This document shows, piece after piece, positions 60,779-64,000 of a stretch of DNA of 64,000 bases. Positions within the stretch are counted from its first letter, which is position 1; the number at the start of each line of letters is the position of its first letter. Origin of the DNA: an uncultured virus (IMG/VR IMGVR_UViG_3300025641_000004) (taxonomy: Duplodnaviria; Heunggongvirae; Uroviricota; Caudoviricetes); IMG/VR virus record IMGVR_UViG_3300025641_000004; one strand, written 5' to 3'. The notes beneath the pieces were generated by a model. The model was given only the letters and a program-made list of their open reading frames with translations, ran no database searches and was not told the origin of the DNA. The position numbers and the translations under genes were made by a program.

Positions 60779-61228
60779 ATGAAACACACAGAAGTTGACG
60801 AAGATGCCTTTACGCGCGAAATGAAACTTGTCGTTGCTGAAACTATCAAAGAGTTACATGCGACTGACACTGGTATACGATTTAAAAAACCAAATACGAT
60901 TCAAGGGTGGTTGGCAGTTACTTTAGCATGTATTGCTTTATCTGGTTTTGTTGGGTCAAGTATTATATTTTTAAATAATGTAAGTACTCACCATCAATTA
61001 CCAGCACATTCTGGGACTAAAAAATTATTAGAAGAAGTGGCAGAGATTCATGAACTACATTCTAGAGATCAGGTATTTCATATCAAAGAAGAACGATTAC
61101 AACTTCAAATATTAGCAGAAACCGCTCCAATTCATGAAAAGGTAAGCGTAATTAAAGAAGACGTAAAGGCTATTGAAACAAAGGTTGATATTTTACTCGA
61201 TCGTGAGTTTAAGAGAAATGCTAATTAG
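60779..61228 (+). CDS. Single-TM protein with C-terminal coiled coil (holin candidate)
   Basis: TM WLAVTLACIALSGFVGSSIIFL; TATAAATA upstream. Confidence 0.55.
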   Translation: MKHTEVDEDAFTREMKLVVAETIKELHATDTGIRFKKPNTIQGWLAVTLACIALSGFVGSSIIFLNNVSTHHQLPAHSGTKKLLEEVAEIHELHSRDQVFHIKEERLQLQILAETAPIHEKVSVIKEDVKAIETKVDILLDREFKRNAN

Positions 61229-61321
61229 CGTTATTATTTAAAGATATATTTTTATAAATATATTATATAAAGTAGAGATTTAGGATTTATTTCTGCTTTA
61301 AACACCACACACATAAAATAT

Positions 61322-61804
61322 ATGACGCCTTACGAAACCTTTAAAGCTTTTGCTCAATTACAGTCTATAGCTTGGACTTTGCCGATGCTGGCCCTATGTA
61401 TCATTGTTGTCTTTAAAGCTTTTAAGCCTGCAAAGAATGCTAATAAGAAGGGTGCCAGCAATTCTTCAGAAAAAATGAGATGGTTTCTTACCGGAATTTT
61501 TATTGGGTTCCTTGGAAATATTCTTGATAATACATACTGGGCTTTTTATTGGGGAGCTGGTTATTTACAAATGCAAGAACCTGTTGATGCATTAATTAGT
61601 TTTGGTGTTTTTCCTAACCTTGTTTTTAGACAAGGGATGACATTGTTAGCTGCGTATTGCCATATAAAAGCTTTTATACCTGCAGAAAATAAATTATTAG
61701 CTAAGAAGGTTCATAAGATATTTATTGCTACTATTATTTTGGGGCAAGGGTATATTCTATTACTGATCGCTTTAAAATACGGTTTGTTCTTAAACGCCAA
61801 ATAA
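61322..61804 (+). CDS. Four-TM membrane protein
   Basis: Four hydrophobic segments; TATAAATA at 61253. Confidence 0.65.
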   Translation: MTPYETFKAFAQLQSIAWTLPMLALCIIVVFKAFKPAKNANKKGASNSSEKMRWFLTGIFIGFLGNILDNTYWAFYWGAGYLQMQEPVDALISFGVFPNLVFRQGMTLLAAYCHIKAFIPAENKLLAKKVHKIFIATIILGQGYILLLIALKYGLFLNAK

Positions 61805-61969
61805 GTTTATTTCTTCTTGATCGGATTTAAACTTTCCTTTATCTCCGGCAGAAAAGTAAATATCATTGCCTTCTTTTTTATAGATCATGATATAATCTAT
61901 GTCTCCACATCCGAGTTTTTTAAATAATTCCCGAGCGCCTTTGTTAATGTATACTATTTCATTATTCAT
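61790..61969 (-). CDS. Small hypothetical protein
   Basis: 59 aa from ATG 61969, divergent from gp13. Confidence 0.45.
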   Translation of the reverse strand: MNNEIVYINKGARELFKKLGCGDIDYIMIYKKEGNDIYFSAGDKGKFKSDQEEINLFGV

Positions 61970-62005
61970 ACAATTTATATATAATAAGTTTATATAAATA
62001 ATAGT

Positions 62006-62758
62006 ATGGCTAGACCAGAAACAAGAGACCAATTAGCAGAATATTGTTTAAGAGCTTTAGGCGCTCCTGTCATTGAAATTAACCTTGATGAAGATCAAAT
62101 CGATGATCGCATTGATGAAGCTATTCAATTTTATCAGGAGTACCATTCAGATGCAGTAGTAAGAACCTTTGTTAAACATGAGATAACGCAAGATACTATT
62201 GATAATAGGGAAATTCAATTACCAGATTCAATATTAAGCGTAACTCGAATCAGAGGTTTAAATTCATCAAGTCTTGGTGGAATGTTTAGTGTTAAATATC
62301 AAATGCACCTTAATGATGTTGCTGGATTGAATGGATCAAACGGCGGAGGATTAGTAAACTATGAAATGACTAAACAAAACCTTTCATTAATTGATGATAT
62401 TATAAATGGTCATTCTCAACAGGTTTCATATAGTCGCCACAAAAATACAATTAAAATACATAGCGATATTACAGGTTATGCCGGCGTTGGAAATTTTATT
62501 CTTGTTGAATGTTACCAAACAATAGATCCAAATTCATATCCTGAAGTATATAATGATATGGCTTTAAAAGAATTATTAACACTACTTCTTAAAAAACAAT
62601 GGGGTGCAAATCTAATTAAATTTGAAGGAATGCAACTACCGGGCGGCGTAACAATAAACGGGAGGCCAATTTATGATGACGCTGTAACAGATTTAAAAGA
62701 ACTTAAAGAAAGATGGCAATTACAATATGAAGCACCCGTTGATTTTTATTGTGGTTAA
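62006..62758 (+). CDS. gp13: Neck protein
   Basis: YCLR.LGAPVIEIN.D.DQ.DDRIDEA.QF..EYH, K.QWG.NL.KF.G.QLPGGVT.NG. Confidence 0.95.
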   Translation: MARPETRDQLAEYCLRALGAPVIEINLDEDQIDDRIDEAIQFYQEYHSDAVVRTFVKHEITQDTIDNREIQLPDSILSVTRIRGLNSSSLGGMFSVKYQMHLNDVAGLNGSNGGGLVNYEMTKQNLSLIDDIINGHSQQVSYSRHKNTIKIHSDITGYAGVGNFILVECYQTIDPNSYPEVYNDMALKELLTLLLKKQWGANLIKFEGMQLPGGVTINGRPIYDDAVTDLKELKERWQLQYEAPVDFYCG

Positions 62759-62770
62759 AATATAATACCA

Positions 62771-63706
62771 ATGGCTTTAAATAAATATTTTCAAAACGGC
62801 GCTAAGTCTGAACAAAACTTATATGAGTCTCTTGTTATAGAGTCCATACAGATTCATGGCATTGACGTTTATTATATTCCTCGTAAGATTATTAAGAGGG
62901 ACTTTGTTTTAAATGAAGACGTGGTTTCAACCTTTGATAAAGCATTCAAAGTTGAAATGTATGTTGAGGAAATGGAGGGCTTTGAAGGAGATTCTAAAAT
63001 TTATGAAAAGTTTGGTTTAGAAGTTAGAGATGAAATGACGTTACGCGTCGCTAAGTATCGATGGAACCAACTTATTCAGCGTCACGGTTATGCTGATGAT
63101 GCAGTGCGTCCAAGAGAGGGCGATTTAATTTATGTGCCTCTTTATAAATCTATTTTTGAAATTCGTTATTCTGATTCTAAAAAACCATTTTATCAATTAC
63201 AAGACTTACCATTATTTACTCTTACATGCGAGAAGTTTGAATATGAAGGACAAGAAATTGATACAGGCATTGACGATATTGATGACATACAAGAAAAACT
63301 TTCTCAAGGATTTACTTTTGTTATTGATTCCAAAACAGAACCAAATTTTATTGATGGAGAAACATTAACATTTACTACACCCGGCGGTATAACTGGTAAT
63401 ACAGAGTTCTTTGAATATAATATAGTTCCAGATAGTGACCCAATTGTTGAAGAAATGAGAGTTGGCACTTTAACGTTTGATGACGGATATTTCCATAATA
63501 TTGAGGCTAACACATCATTCTTAGGTACTGAAAGCGGGGGCTCTTTAATTATAAGTGAACTAAGAAGCCTTGACGATTCCGACTCTGATATATTTAATTC
63601 AGATCATTGGGCAGGTAATGCAACGTTTGCTGATGCGGCTAACGGTTTAGAATTTATTGACTTTTCAGAGAGCAATCCATTCGGTGAACCATTTAATTTC
63701 CAATAA
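62771..63706 (+). CDS. gp14: Neck/head closure protein
   Basis: EQNLYE.L..ESI...G.D.YY.PR, KFG.E..DE, RP.EGDLIY.P, DFSE.NPFG. Confidence 0.95.
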   Translation: MALNKYFQNGAKSEQNLYESLVIESIQIHGIDVYYIPRKIIKRDFVLNEDVVSTFDKAFKVEMYVEEMEGFEGDSKIYEKFGLEVRDEMTLRVAKYRWNQLIQRHGYADDAVRPREGDLIYVPLYKSIFEIRYSDSKKPFYQLQDLPLFTLTCEKFEYEGQEIDTGIDDIDDIQEKLSQGFTFVIDSKTEPNFIDGETLTFTTPGGITGNTEFFEYNIVPDSDPIVEEMRVGTLTFDDGYFHNIEANTSFLGTESGGSLIISELRSLDDSDSDIFNSDHWAGNATFADAANGLEFIDFSESNPFGEPFNFQ

Positions 63707-63716
63707 ATAAAAAACT

Positions 63717-64000
63717 ATGCTAGGACACGATTATTTTTACCATGCCAATGTTCGAAAGATCATTAGTGTGTTTGGCTCATTATTTAATGATATCTATATT
63801 GGTAAGCGAGTTGATGGCGCGTTAACAAGCGTTCAGCGAGTTCCTTTAGCCTATGCGCCAAGAGAAAGATATTTGGCAAGAATAAATGAATCTACCCTTG
63901 ATGAATCTATTGCTATTAAATTACCAAGAATGTCATTTGAGATTGCTGATATTACATATGACGCTGCTACTAAGTTAACAAAATTTAATCAAACAATACA
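63717..64000 (+). CDS. gp15: Tail sheath stabilizer/terminator (truncated by window end)
   Basis: YFYH..VRK....FG.LFNDI, VPLAYAPRE.YLAR, LPRMSFEI....YD. Confidence 0.93.
   Translation, partial: MLGHDYFYHANVRKIISVFGSLFNDIYIGKRVDGALTSVQRVPLAYAPRERYLARINESTLDESIAIKLPRMSFEIADITYDAATKLTKFNQTI

Noticed and set aside
1..64000. Genome-wide TAG recoding
   Set aside because: Core genes are intact in the standard code and TAG ends genes at expected C-termini (7267, 25940, 33801); the three tRNAs have sense anticodons

Overview
AT-rich 64 kb segment of a large T4-like myovirus with a Kyanoviridae-like gene order, read in the standard genetic code. The left ~24 kb is an accessory/early region driven by repeated TTTACA-N17-TATAAT promoters. 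It holds secreted cell-wall hydrolases, a sulfotransferase-methyltransferase-sulfotransferase operon, DNA ligase, an orphan tailspike cassette, putative internal-head polyproteins, nucleotide enzymes, a type IV pilin-like gene, lipoproteins, three tRNAs and two copies of an 89-bp stem-loop promoter cassette. The right ~40 kb is core: gp33, gp59, gp32, tape measure, gp26/gp51-like, gp54, gp2, gp4, gp48, gp53, hub, split gp5, gp25, gp6, gp7, gp8, large structural and fibre proteins, gp13, gp14, gp15, with TATAAATA late promoters. Best leads: (1) a candidate -1 programmed frameshift (T TTT TTC plus an 11-bp stem 7 nt downstream) fusing the gp26- and gp51-like ORFs just before the tape measure gene; (2) a Russian-doll insertion of an FGE/C-lectin domain inside another FGE domain inside a repeat of gp7; (3) host-like envelope genes suggesting a Verrucomicrobiota/PVC host. 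All family assignments come from motif recognition, not database searches.
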